From Chrysomallon squamiferum (lineage: Eukaryota; Animalia; Mollusca), in assembly GCA_012295275.1 (NCBI GenBank), contig CM022665.1:40672001-40736000 (forward strand): a stretch of DNA of 64,000 nucleotides, in the 5' to 3' direction. The notes below the pieces were generated by a model. That model was not told the origin of the DNA. It was given only the letters and a program-made list of their open reading frames with translations, and searched no databases. How positions within the stretch are numbered: position 1 is the stretch's first letter; each line of letters opens with the position of its first letter. The translations under genes were made by a program, and so were the position numbers. This document shows positions 12,969-25,928 of the stretch, piece by piece.

Positions 12969-14236
12969 AAGTGATATACTTCATATACTTCATTTTTGTC
13001 CTAATCATAAAAATCATAAGGATCAAAATGTTCTATGTTATTGGTTTTTTTTTTTTTTTTTTTTTTCAATTTAAATATGATACTGAATTTTTTTTATAAA
13101 TAATAAATTGTATTTCTGTTTTATCCTTAAAAATGTCTGTGTTATTTATGTGGCTTTAGTGGGGTATTTTTGCATTAACTAAAAAGGTTTATTTATTATG
13201 AGAGAAACTTTTTCCTTTTTAAATAAAAACTAAAAAAATTTTTAAATACTTTTTCTGTACATATGATCAAATCTTACATACTTCATCTCATTTAATTCAC
13301 AAACAACTAAAATTCTAAGTCCATCTAGTTACACAAAATGAGAGTAAAACTTTACCTTAATTTTTATTAACATAGTTTTTCAGTACATAATTATATTATT
13401 TCTGATTTTTAACCCTATCCTTGCAATAAATGGCTATATCTGCTTGAAATTTCTATACCTACTAAAAATATTCATAACTCATATATTATACCTTTTAATA
13501 TTTCTGTTCAGCATTCAGTTATTGTAGATATTTTGTGAAAGACAAAATGAAAGAGAATTAAACTCATAACTAAACAGATGTTTTGCATGTATATGCATAT
13601 GTAACATATTTGCATAAATTTTAATATGATGTGGGTTTTATAATTTGTGAATATAGATAAAATTTTGTATCATAGAGGTTAAGCAGTGGTGGAATTTTTA
13701 TTCTTTTTTAAATCTGTTTATTTATAAACATAATCAGTTTGTTGTTGTTGTTTTTTTTTCCTCATTCCATAGAATTAGTTCAGTTTCTCTTCTTTTTTTC
13801 GAGTGGGGTGCTTTTTCTTTCTGTCAGTATTTTGGAGATTTTGTTATTTTGAAGACCCTTCCATTCAGATATTTAATAAATCATTTTGCTTGATTAATTT
13901 TACAGTTCTTCATATCAGTTTTATCAAAATGTATCATTGGGTTTACCTGTTGTGAATTTGTATACATCTGGATACTTATATCTTGTAATTTACAATGGTG
14001 CTTTCTTCAAAGGTTTAGTCTTTATTCTGTTATGTGTGACATATGCATAATGAAACTTTATTGTCATGCATAATTTTCATTTGCCAACCCACAAATTTGT
14101 GGATAAAACCATAACTCTATTATTATTATTATTATTATTATTTTATTTTATTTTGTATTTTTTAAATTGTTATAATCAGATAGAAAGATTTACAATTTTC
14201 CCTTTTTGTTGTTATTATTATAATTGTTTTCTATCT

Positions 14237-14275
<39 letters not shown>

Positions 14276-17200
14276 ATAATTGTAATTTAATATTAAAAAC
14301 TGGAAACTACAGCTTGCTGGACAACAAACCTATTTTGTACGTGTATATATTTTTTTTATTTTTTTTTTTTTATTTTTTTTTATTTATTTATTTTTTTTTA
14401 AATTAAATTTGAAAGATTCATTAAGAAATTCAAAAATGAGAAAATCCCAAAGAAATCCATTTTATAATGGCTTTAATATAAAGTATCATTGTAACTGTTT
14501 GTTAAGTATTATAAGTTCAATAAAATTTGTTTAACAGCCGTTTGATTGATTAATTGTTATGTATTCAGTATGCATATGATGCACATGTAACATACCATCA
14601 TTTCTTATTTCTTGTGAAAGTAATGACTTAAAATCTGCGAATGATAAATGGTTCCAAAAAATACAATGAATCAGTGCTTGTTTATATTTACTTATTTATT
14701 TATTGATGTGCTTTGATGTCTGAAATAAAATGACTACACATGTAAAGTGGAAATGGAATTGATGTTTAGGTAACTAAGTGGGTTTTATAGTAGACTTTTT
14801 TTTTTTTTTTTTTTAATTGATATTTGTTGCAAAATAATGTATATCTGGCCCAAAAAATTCAAATTTATATATAATTAAGTACTTTTCATTCACTGTATTT
14901 CTTTATTTTTTAAAGTGTTTGGTCTTACAGTGTACTTTTTTTTGGGGATCTGTTAGTGATTTAAAATGTTCACATACTTATTTTAATAGAGTAACCATTT
15001 CAAAAAGTGTATTATAACTTTTATAATGCTGTACTACTATTGTAAAGTACTTTCTTTTCATTATTTGCTAATTTACCGCAAAACTTAATACACAAATTTC
15101 AAAGATCTATTTTTAATGCAAATCAAATGAGTTGTTGGTATGAAAATATCACCCTTTTAATTTTTATGTACCTTTGGATTTTAAATTTATCTTACACACA
15201 AAGGCATAAAAATAAGAAAATTAAGTATCATGGAAAATAAATTTTTTACAACAGCTATAAAGTGTATAGATACATCTTTACTGCATTCCTTGCCATTACC
15301 GGTTACTTTATAACTCAATACCTTTGTCAGATTTAAACAATATTTTCCTTTGTACAACAGCTAACTTTTTTCGGATGTTTTGTAGTGGTCTTTTGTTGTG
15401 TTTATTTCATTTTGTTCATTTGTTTTAGGTTGAGGTTCATTTCTAAGCAATAGGTCACCTTAATGCACAAACCCTCCTAATGGAGTGGACTACATTTATA
15501 ATGTTGTCACTTTTACATTTTACTTAAAATGTACATTATCAAAGTGTGTTTGCACTGTTGTACATAAGCTGTAAGTATATTTATCATACATAATAAACAG
15601 TATATTTAACTATGTGGAATACTGACCTAAGGTGGTGTATTGTTCCTAACAGTGTTTTAACTATGTAGAATATTGATGTGTTTGTGTTATAATGTTATAG
15701 AAAATAACTGTGCTACTAAGTAGTACTTGATACTGTTTTGCTAAGCTCTGGTATGGGATAGGAGAAACATCAGGTAGCCATGCTATTGTGCTTTTCTGAT
15801 CATGTGTGATTATCATATAATATAGCAGTGTTTTAAGGATATTGCAGGATTATGTAGATTTTATTTCCCTTTCTTTTTTTTCTTCTTTTTTTTTTTACTA
15901 AAAAAAAAAAAAAAAAAATTATATATAAACTATAGATGACATAAATGCATATATATAATTTTTTTTGTTTTGTTTTTTTAATTAATTTTTTTTGCAGTGG
16001 ATAGTTACTAACACCAAATATATAGGGAATTTTCATACAAGAAATGATTTCTCTTCTCAGAACATATTAAACAGTATTAATTGTAATCACTGTAGATATA
16101 GGTTGTGTTTAAATGTTTATCAAACAAGCAACTGAGGTTGTTAAGTGTAGCCATTAGCAGACATTTTATCATGCAGTAGTTTTTCTTTACTTTCAGTATG
16201 AGGCAAAAACCACTTAAAACATTCTTATAACAAGCTGATTGTGAAACTGAAAAATATTTGAAATTGATGTTAATTTGTGCAAGAAAGAAAACAAAGCACA
16301 ACTTTATTATGCTGCTATATATCTTTGAATTTAAAAAAAAAAAAAAATTTATAATGACACATGAAACAATATTTGCTTATGAAAAGGATAATAATGAAAG
16401 TTTAGTCATTAAGCATAACCTTTTTTTATTATTGTTTTTTTTTTATTTTTATTTTTTTATTTCTTAAACCTCACTAAAATGAAGTAAGTTTAATAGAATT
16501 TAATAACAAAGGTTTTAACCATTAAAGCCAGATATTTAAAGAAGAATTTAATTTTTTCTTCGGTTAATCATATAGATATGATAGATAAATTGCAGTCATA
16601 TAAATTACATGCAGTAATTAATTGTTGGGATTGGTATTCTGTTTTGGGGAGTATATTGCGAGTTCTTTTTTTATTTATTTGTTAGTGTGGCTTGAGAGTA
16701 GAAAACTGTAAAATACCATATAATAATATAAATATCACATATTTAAAATGAAAATTACTATTCAAGATGATTTGTTCATTTATTAAAATTACACTGGTTG
16801 TAGAAAAATATCCTGTTTATAAATATTTCATATATCACTTAGTCTTTTTGATTTCAGTTTTTGTTTGTTGTGGTGTTTATTATTTATTTGTTTTTTGGCC
16901 CTTACACTCAGTAAATGTTTTTCCTGTATAGGGTTAGAGGCAAGGTATTATTATTAATCACTGTTGGGATTTTATTCATATATATTCAAAAACATAGAAA
17001 TTTATACATTAAATCATTACGAGGATATATATATATATATATTCAATATTTGAGTAATGTCAATTATTAAAATCTAATTATACCTACTGCAGCTGTTAAG
17101 TTTATCTGATACAAAAATCGAATTTAGTTTAAATGTTTAAAATAAAAAGTTTCCTGATATGAGCTGAGTTAACAGGTTACATCAGAATAAAGAAAACATT

Positions 17201-17912
17201 TTAATAATATAAATATTGACTATGCTGTCGGTTTACCCACACCAAACCCTTATTTCGTTAACTTCAGCTTTGTGTGTAAACAGTTACAGTACATGTTTGT
17301 CTGTAATAATTAATATGTATAATGGTTCATTGTTAAAAACAGATGAATACTGATTATATATGTAAATAGTTCAAATACAAAATGTACGTTATTTATGAGT
17401 GTGTTTCGTTTTGTTTTGATGGGAACAAGTTACATCTAAATAAATTTATGTGAAATACTGAAGAAACAGTTGTTTAATACTCAGAATGAACCATGCTGAT
17501 CCACGCATGCGCACACTCGTCAAACGGCGGAAAGAGGTTAACTGGGACAACGGTAATTTAATTATTTAATGTAACTGCATAATTATATAGAACACATTCT
17601 GTCATATCCATTGAATGTGCATTTCTGTCATTGGGTTAAAATATTCCTGAAAAGAGGAAGCTAATTTTTCTATTATTACCCCCCAAAAAAAAAAAAAAAA
17701 ATAATAATGAAATAAATAAAAAAATATTTAACATTGGTAATGCATATTAATAAAAAAAAAAATAATGTCGAAGTTTTAAAAGTATTACTTTATTATTATT
17801 TGTTCGAATCATCAAAATTATTAGCTTATAATTAAAAGAAAATTATTCAAAGTTTCTTCTGTGAATTTTCCCTCCAAAACCTTTTCGCTTATTAGATCTA
17901 AATCGGGTGTTT

Positions 17913-18157
17913 TTATTTGTGACTAGATTCATTGCCAGGTTCGATGGTCAACGGGAATGCAAAACAAAACATCATTTTGCCTTTATCTCCAAACATATCC
18001 CATTCATTTACGAGCCTCAACTGAAAATAAAGAAATTCAAATTCAAAATGATCCGTACGAAATTACCATGAATAATAATTAAATCTGAATTTCCAGAACT
18101 AACTTTAACATAACTAAATATAATTTATGAGTATTTAACACACACACACACACACAC

Positions 18158-18253
<96 letters not shown>

Positions 18254-19624
18254 ATTTCTAAAATAAATAAATGTAACCTTTAACAACTAACCGATGGATA
18301 AGATGGTAATATTTTCATTTTAACACGATACACGTAAGATTTTGATTTCTTCACAGGACACTTGATTCCGCTCTTGTTGCATCCATCTGGGTTAGGAATC
18401 GGGAACGCAATTTTTATGTCGTCCACAATTCCATAGACTTTAACTTTGAGCTCCTTGGAATCTTCCACTTAAAGATATTAAGGGTTCAAAAGTTATACGT
18501 TAAACGCTTACAAGAAAAAATGAATACATATTTGTTTAACGACATCTCATTATGCCGTATGAACGTTTTTCTATGCTAAACAACTGGTTATTGTATAATA
18601 AAGAAGAGAAAAGAAACCCACTAGCTGACTACACTTATCTGTCAGTAGTGTAGAATTCTTTATAGATTTCATCCAGTACTGTACAGTAATTAGTTGTTGT
18701 GGCATTTGTATGATTAATGTGGTTCTCGTTTCATGATTAGAATTTGGCAAACTGATTTTTATAGAGTTTAAAGGTTTTACAAAGTACCAATGACAATGGA
18801 TTTTATTCTCTTAAAGTGTAGAATTTCAGCGTATAAAAGAATGTAGCGCCCAGCACGTCTGTATGCACTTAAACCAGTCTGTAATCAAAGGAGAATTATA
18901 TACCACTGAAGAACAATTCCACGAGTTACTTTTGTTAATCAGTAGCAAGGTATTTATATATATATATATATACACACAGACAAGGTAGTTCGCGCTATGG
19001 CTTTTGAAAAAAATCAAACTGAATGCACTGGCAGGGATGGAAAATGTCAAGACGGATGCCCCGAAAGGCATATTAACAAACAGAGCGCCTAGAGACAGCT
19101 TATTTTAGAAGTAAGTTTAATAAGCATTATTTTACACCTACCTGCATTGAACCATACTGTGATTTCCGCTGAAGTGTTGTGTTTGAAACTGCAAGGTTCC
19201 CGAGGGCACGGAGTCACGTCAACTTTTGTCAAGGATGTTCCTTTACCTGTATCAACACATTAAATATATAGTTTGTTTTCGAGATATAATCTGAACTTTA
19301 AGGTGATTTAGTCTTTTTCAAATTTGCATAAACGTTTCTAACTATTTAAAACGTTTAGCAATAATCTGAAACAAATTATGATACGAATGTGACCAATTTG
19401 AGGGCAGTTTCATTTTAAAAAAAAAATAATAATAATAATAATAATTTAATTTGCTAATAATAATCATCATCATCACCATCATTATTATTGTTGTTACTGT
19501 TACTACTACTAAAACTACTTCACTTACCACAGTCTTTAATGCGAATAATTCTAGCCTCTACTTCGAGTACCCGACACAAAACTACAACAGTTAGAACAAA
19601 CCCCAGATTTCGCCAGCATGCCAT
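17913..19624 (-). CDS. NPC2: NPC2-like / ML-domain lipid-binding protein, paralogue A (161 aa)
   Basis: Exons 19624-19528, 19246-19142, 18467-18292 and 18020-17913, all GT-AG, intron phases 1,1,0. Signal-peptide-like MACWRNLGFVLTVVVLCRVLEVEA. Mature region IKDCG..VDVTPCPREPCSFKH..VYGIVDDIKIAFPIPNPDGCNKSGIKCPV..ILPSYPSLRLVNEW..FCFAFP has six NPC2-pattern cysteines. Confidence 0.93.
18138..18249. repeat. (CA)n(CT)n microsatellite
   Basis: Directly visible in the last intron of NPC2 paralogue A. Confidence 0.9.
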
Positions 19625-20307
19625 GATTTTTAAATCTCGTTACGTTTAGGACCAGCTGTCAGTACATTTCATACATTAAACACCCATGAAAATTCATCTG
19701 CATGTGAGGCTGGTGATCATCGTTTTTATCAGTCTAACTCTAGCAGAGTGCAAAGAGGTTAATGAACACAAAGAAACGGACGTCATAACATACGTAAATA
19801 TTGTCAACAAGAACTTTAGATAGATAACATATCCTTAGCCTAGGTGATGACGTTTTGCCCATCAGTGAAACTGATAATGCCTGTGTCTAACAGATACCAT
19901 CGCGTCTGACCTCTTATCTTCATACGGTAGATAACTACAAAGTTCAGTTAGTGCATTCCTGAACGATGCCCTGGTTCAAAACGCGTATTAGGACTTGCCC
20001 TGCAAAGCCAGAGATGAACAAGAATAAATAAGAAATGGTTGCCTCTAAATTCTCTCCTGTTAATATTAAAGTTTGATTAACAGGACTTTTGCTACAACTA
20101 GATCGGGTCTACCGATTCCGTGATTCCTTTAAGATAGTGTGGATTCTTTATAAATAGTATTTCATACAGAATCAAGATTAAAAATATTGTTCTATATAAG
20201 GCATCTCATTTTTATTCTTCTACTGATTCAGTAAATTTTATAAACATGCACAAAAACTGAATGAATGCAATACAATATACATCATATATACATATACACA
20301 CACAAAC

Positions 20308-20502
20308 CTACTACTACTGTTGCTATTGCTGCTGCTACTACTGCTACTGTTACCAGTACTACTACCACTACAACTACTACATTTATTATTGCTACTACTG
20401 CTATTACTACTACCACTACTGCTGCTGCTGCTGCTTCTACAACTACTACTACTGTTACTACTACTATTATTATTATTGCTACTACTGCTACTACTATTAT
20501 TA

Positions 20503-20579
<77 letters not shown>
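20308..20579. repeat. Compound (ACT/GCT/ATT)n trinucleotide microsatellite
   Basis: Directly visible between the head-to-head NPC2 genes; explains four low-complexity ORFs in the track. Confidence 0.9.
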
Positions 20580-20580
<1 letters not shown>

Positions 20581-21302
20581 GATGAAGAAGAAGAAGAAAA
20601 AAATCAAGCAAAAAGTAGTTGAAGAAGAAATAAAGCAATGCTGGTTAAGAATTAATCATGTATTTTAGAAGAAGAAGAACAAAATAATTGAATCTAGATT
20701 TATACTGGAAGACAAAAATAATTCGTATTTCTGATTCTTTTCATTCGACTACATTTGTACTGTATGGGTATAGATTGGTATATTGATAAAATATAGTTTC
20801 AGAAACACTAACTATTTGTACTTGAATTCAATAAAAATATTTTCTTATCATGATTAATGTCTTATGTATTGAAATCTAAAATAAAGCTTTATTATTTTCT
20901 TTTCAGAGACCACATAATATATATATGCAAAATATTTCAATTTCGAATTTTTAATATGACGCTGATAACAAGAACATGACTGATCTTCAATGCATGGTTC
21001 AATTTGTTGTTGTCGTTGCTTTCAGACACACCCACTTACTTGCTATTTCCATTTAAAAAGTTTACTATTTTAGAAGGCTGTCTGACAATGTATGCATTAT
21101 ATCTTTACTAAACGTAATACGCAATTTTTTCTCTCAATTTCACATGGGAACTACCAGATGATAAAATGACCAAACCAAATATATCTGTTACTAATCCAGA
21201 GCATTCTATTACCACACAGTTCTCCACGATATATTGTTGATTGAATTTCGCATATCAATTTAGAATCAGGGAGAAACAAAAAAAAATATTTATAGAAAAA
21301 AA

Positions 21303-21712
21303 ATGTTGAGAAAAATCGTATTTGTGTCTGTCCTGACAGTTTGTTTAACAAACCCGGTACCTAGATACAAGGATTGTGGTAAGATTTTCTTTTATTTGTA
21401 CCATATTTATTTTATTTTATTTTATTTTATTTTATTTTTTATTTTATTTTATTTTTTATTTTATTTTATTTTTTTAACTTTTTGAAAGAATAAATGATGA
21501 ACGATACCCAATCACAAAACATATTTGCTATCCAGTATCAGATAGGGGGAAACAAAAAAATATGTTATTAATTAAAATTTACTGAACTTTTAAAATAAAA
21601 CACAGTGGAAAAATAAATATCGCGGTTGTGCACTGAGTTACGCTACTTCAAATAACTTTAATAAGCATATAGTACATCAGTAAATAAATTTGTCACCGTA
21701 TTTAAAGTGTCC

Positions 21713-21756
<44 letters not shown>

Positions 21757-23178
21757 ACATGTATATATAATATACTCTCCCAAAAAAGAAACGCAAAATG
21801 GTTGATTTCTTAGATAACTATTGTAAACTGACACATATCAATGCACAAACTCTGAATATAAGACATTTGGTGATTAAAACGTATAGCTATTAACAGTCGC
21901 CAAAATGCAGGTAACACAAAATAAAGGCTATGATAGTGTTTATTATCAAAAACGTCCCCGCATGCAAACCACATTACCAGTGCATGTGCACGTGCGGCAC
22001 ATGAAACTTGAATACGAGGGTTATAAAATGCAAGGTTTTCGAATACTTCTGTTCGTTATTTTTGTTCTGACCCAACATCAAACAAATGCAACGACTGAGG
22101 GAACCGCAACGAAACAACGCCGTAGCCCGGGTGTTCCATGTATCCCCAAGCACCATCTTGAGATTGTGGTATCGGTTCCAGCAACACCAAACAACACGTG
22201 ACCGTTCCAGATCAGGTAGACCATGTGTAACCACCAGGGCCCAGGACCGCTGCGTACGGGTACTTCATCTACGATAAAGAACCACCACGGCAACCTCTAT
22301 TGCTTCAGCAATACCAGGTCTGCGTCGAATATCGGCCTGTAAGAAGAGTGGTTTTGACTCAACAACATCGTCGACCACGACGTCAGTGGTGTCAACTGCA
22401 CAGAGTCTGGCCTCAGTTACGATGGAGAACTGTCTGGTTTAGTGACGAGGCTCGATTTCTGCTTCGTCGAGCTGATGGAAGATGTCAAGTTTACAGACGT
22501 CGTGGTGAACGTTTTGCTGCAAACTGCATACAGGAAGCGGACAGATTTGGCGGTGGTGGTGTGATGGTGTGGGCAGCAATCTCATACACTGGCAGGACCA
22601 ACCTGGTTCACATCCAAGGCAACTTAACGGCACAGATATACCGAGATGAAATTTTTGCAGCCACATGTCGCTCCAATTATGAATAATGGTAACGCTGTAT
22701 TCCAGCAGGACAATGCGAGACCACGTAAAGCCAAACTCACAACAGCGTACCTATACAACAATAACATTCAGGTCCTGCCCTGGCCCCCTAAATCTCAGGA
22801 TTTGAACCCTACAGAGCATTTATGGGACAAGCTGGATAGACGACTGAGGCAGCATCAACCACAGCCACAGAATCGTGCTCAGTTGGCATTATTACTACAG
22901 ACAGATTGGACCACCATTCCACAAGGTGTAATTTGTAATGTCATTACTGCCATGGGAAGGAGATGTCAGGCAGTTCTGGACTCCCATGGTGGGCACACAA
23001 GGAATTGATATTATACTGTTATAATCTTGAACTTTAATCTTTTCAGCGTTATACCATCAATATTAATGAATTGCGAAAGTGTGTGTAAAATGTGAACATT
23101 CTGCTGCTTTCTGTTGATCCATTAGATAGATACTCCCAATGTCAATAAAATCAACTTTTGAATTTCTTTTTTGTTAGA

Positions 23179-23248
<70 letters not shown>

Positions 23249-23333
23249 AATAAATAAATAAATGAAATTCCAAGGAAAAAAATAAACACAAACAGCAACG
23301 CTATTATTTTTTAAATTATTCTTATTCCATTAT

Positions 23334-23394
<61 letters not shown>

Positions 23395-24447
23395 TATTAC
23401 CTTTCTCCCCCCCCCCCGTTAATCGTTCTGGTTTAGACCCATCTTATATCACGTGACTATATTTTTTATTCGTATTACGCAATGTCGTTGAAATCAGTGA
23501 ATATGCTTAATATCAAAGAGGTTGCAGATATGGTAACCTCTATATGGTTTTATAATCGCACTGTGTAGGGATTATCGGATTAGGTTCAGTTGCAGATTAT
23601 GTTATGTTAAAATATAATTCTAAATAACGTATTGAATTGTCATTAAACAGTCATGCGGCAGAATAAATGCCTACCTTGTAAGAATTTTACTTCATAAATA
23701 TTAATGAATGAACAGAAATAAAACTGTAAGCCTAAAGCAAAGTACAACAGCTGTATAGGATAATAACAATTATCTATACTATACAGACATATATTGTAAA
23801 GTATAATATACTCTACATAAGTTAAAATCATCAGTGAATAAATTATGCTTAGCCGTAAGGTGGTTTAAAATACACGTAACTAAACGTAATTAAAACGTTT
23901 TTAATGACAGGAAAGAAGTCGGGTTATCTTCCTTCCTGTTATAAAGATGATTCTGAGACAAATAAAAGAGAAGCTGTATGCTAACAACAATAAAATGAGA
24001 TTTTAAAATGTAACCTAAAGTGTGCAGTAAAAGATAGTAATGTTTGCAAGAGTGATTATATATTTATTTATTTTTATTAAAAAAAAAAAAAACGGCGTCT
24101 TCGTCTCCTGTGTGTGTGTGTGTGTGTGCGTGCGCGCACTTACGTGTCAATATTCGTTAGAATTTTAAATTTGTTTTGCCAGGTTTATTTTCATGCATCT
24201 AGCCCAAATTAATGTTCGATTGTACTAAAGCCTATTTGTGACAGATTGTCCCTATCTCCTGTAACTGTTGGATATGGTAACAATACTAACAGTATGAAAT
24301 AAAAATATCATCAGAAAGCAAATTAAATGTACTGAATTATAAAGTGGTTATCTCCTCCATTGCACTGGCCGCTTCCGTGTAGGACTATATTATTAAATGC
24401 TGACAGCGACAAAATACAAACTATTGCAAATAACAAATAAAAATCAC

Positions 24448-24488
<41 letters not shown>

Positions 24489-25020
24489 TAACCAATTTAA
24501 TTATTAATATATTATAACAGCAAATTAATTTTATGTAGCTTTATTAATTTAATTTAATTTAATATATTTTACCTTATTATTCATTTATTTATGTAGGTTC
24601 AGTAACTGGGAAAATCGTAACACTTGATGTGGCCCCATGTAACCCAGAACCATGTCAACTGAAACACAACACGAATGTCACAATCACAGTGACGTTTACT
24701 GCAAGTGAGTACCAGTAGGATTTTTAAAGTTCTGTGTAGTTAAATAGAATTTTCAGCTATTGTTTGGAAAATAGATTAAAATGCTGTGATTACAAAAGAC
24801 TGTAGATGATGGTTAGAAAAATCTTTTGAAATGTGAAAAAATACGGGTTCATAACTCTTCAATTGATGCTGTATGGGATTTCTAATTCCAAACAGTGCCT
24901 CACAGCTAACACTAGCAGCAGCATGACCATGTTTTCAATAACCATTTTATTTTCCTCAAAACAAAATTTATTTTATTTATATTTATAATTTATTTTAAGT
25001 AATTTTGGTTGATTTATATA

Positions 25021-25069
<49 letters not shown>

Positions 25070-25928
25070 TAAACAGATGAAAAAGTAACAGCTGGAAAAA
25101 CTGTTGTACATGGAATGATTGATGGTTTACCTGTTCCTTTTCCTGTCCACCCATCTGATGCTTGTCAAAACATGCCCTGTCCAGTGGCTAGTGGAGCCAC
25201 AGTAACTTACCAAAGCAAAATATTTATTCTACCATCATATCCTCGGGTAAATTTTTAATTTTGTTATTATCCATAAAAATATTTTAATATGAAAGTGCAT
25301 GATATATAACATTTATTTTTTCTAAATATTTAGTTCTTATTCTTTGTTACAATTATATTGTTTTTAATAATTTTATGGGTAAAAACTGTTTTCCTACTAT
25401 CATTTACATTTACAATACACTATTTTCTTCTTTAAAAAAAAAAAAATAAAATGAATTAACTAGTACACATGAGGAGCAATGACTCGTACATTGCGGAATT
25501 CAAATCCCTTGTTACAATCTACATAAACAATACTAAGCCAAATATATATTATATATATATTTTGTAATTTTGTAATTTTTTAACTTTAGCTATAATAAAA
25601 TTGAAGATATGCAGCTAGATCTTTTAGACCTGCCTTGAAATCTAGATTTATAAAAAAAATTTAACCCAAATTAGCACTTATTGCATGAGAACAAACTTCT
25701 AAGTTTAACAGTTGAGAATTTAAAAGTAATCAGTTTTTCAGAATTTCAAGTTTGGTGTCCATAGCCAACAGAAAAACATGTAGGAATATTTTTCCACTTA
25801 AAATACATTAAGTTTTTAATTTTATATTTTTTTTAAAACAGATCAGACTTGTAGTGAAATGGGAAATCCAAGACCAGAATGGAAAGGATCTTGTATGCTT
25901 TGCTGTTCCTGCTGTAATAGTCAACTGA
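21303..25928 (+). CDS. NPC2: NPC2-like / ML-domain protein, paralogue B (146 aa, the most canonical-looking)
   Basis: Exons 21303-21378, 24597-24704, 25077-25246 and 25842-25928, phases 1,1,0. MLRKIVFVSVLTVCLTNPVPRYKDCGSVTGKIVTLDVAPCNPEPCQLKH..VVHGMIDGLPVPFPVHPSDACQNMPCPV..ILPSYPRIRLVVKWEIQDQNGKDLVCFAVP; six mature cysteines. Confidence 0.93.
21773..23183 (+). mobile_element. Decayed Tc1-family (DD34E) DNA transposon in intron 1 of NPC2 paralogue B
   Basis: Imperfect TIRs TACTCTCCCAAAAAAGAAACGCAAAATGGTTGATTT and AAATCAACTTTTGAATTTCTTTTTTGTTAGAGAATA. Transposase pieces in three ORFs carry RSGRP, WFSDEARF, GGGVMVWAAIS, FQQDNARP and WPPKSQDLNPTEHLW. There are 34 residues between the second D and the E. 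Confidence 0.92.
22086..23008 (+). pseudogene. Frameshifted, internally deleted Tc1 transposase
   Basis: Split across ORFs 22086-22277, 22300-22686 and 22646-23008; the N-terminal DNA-binding region appears shortened. Confidence 0.85.
23449..23457. promoter_or_regulatory. CLEAR-like E-box TCACGTGAC (candidate TFEB/MITF site)
   Basis: ATCACGTGAC is a 9/10 match to the CLEAR consensus GTCACGTGAC and lies in intron 1 of a lysosomal-type gene. Confidence 0.4.

Noticed and set aside
17222-17292. Imperfect hairpin (GTTTAC..CACAC / GTGTG..GTAAAC) as a pre-miRNA
   Set aside because: Large loop, interrupted stem and no mature miRNA that I recognise.
19891-19975. Short resemblance to 18S rRNA (CAGATACC..TCG..CTGACC; AACGATGCC)
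   Set aside because: The matches are very short with wrong spacing; most likely chance.
20261-20668. Four overlapping 86-135 aa ORFs
   Set aside because: Pure trinucleotide microsatellite translations.
23643-23831. Minus-strand hydrophobic ORF containing a donor-like CAAG|GTAGGC, as a possible fourth NPC2 first exon
   Set aside because: It lacks the KDC/KPC cysteine and no matching downstream exons were found.
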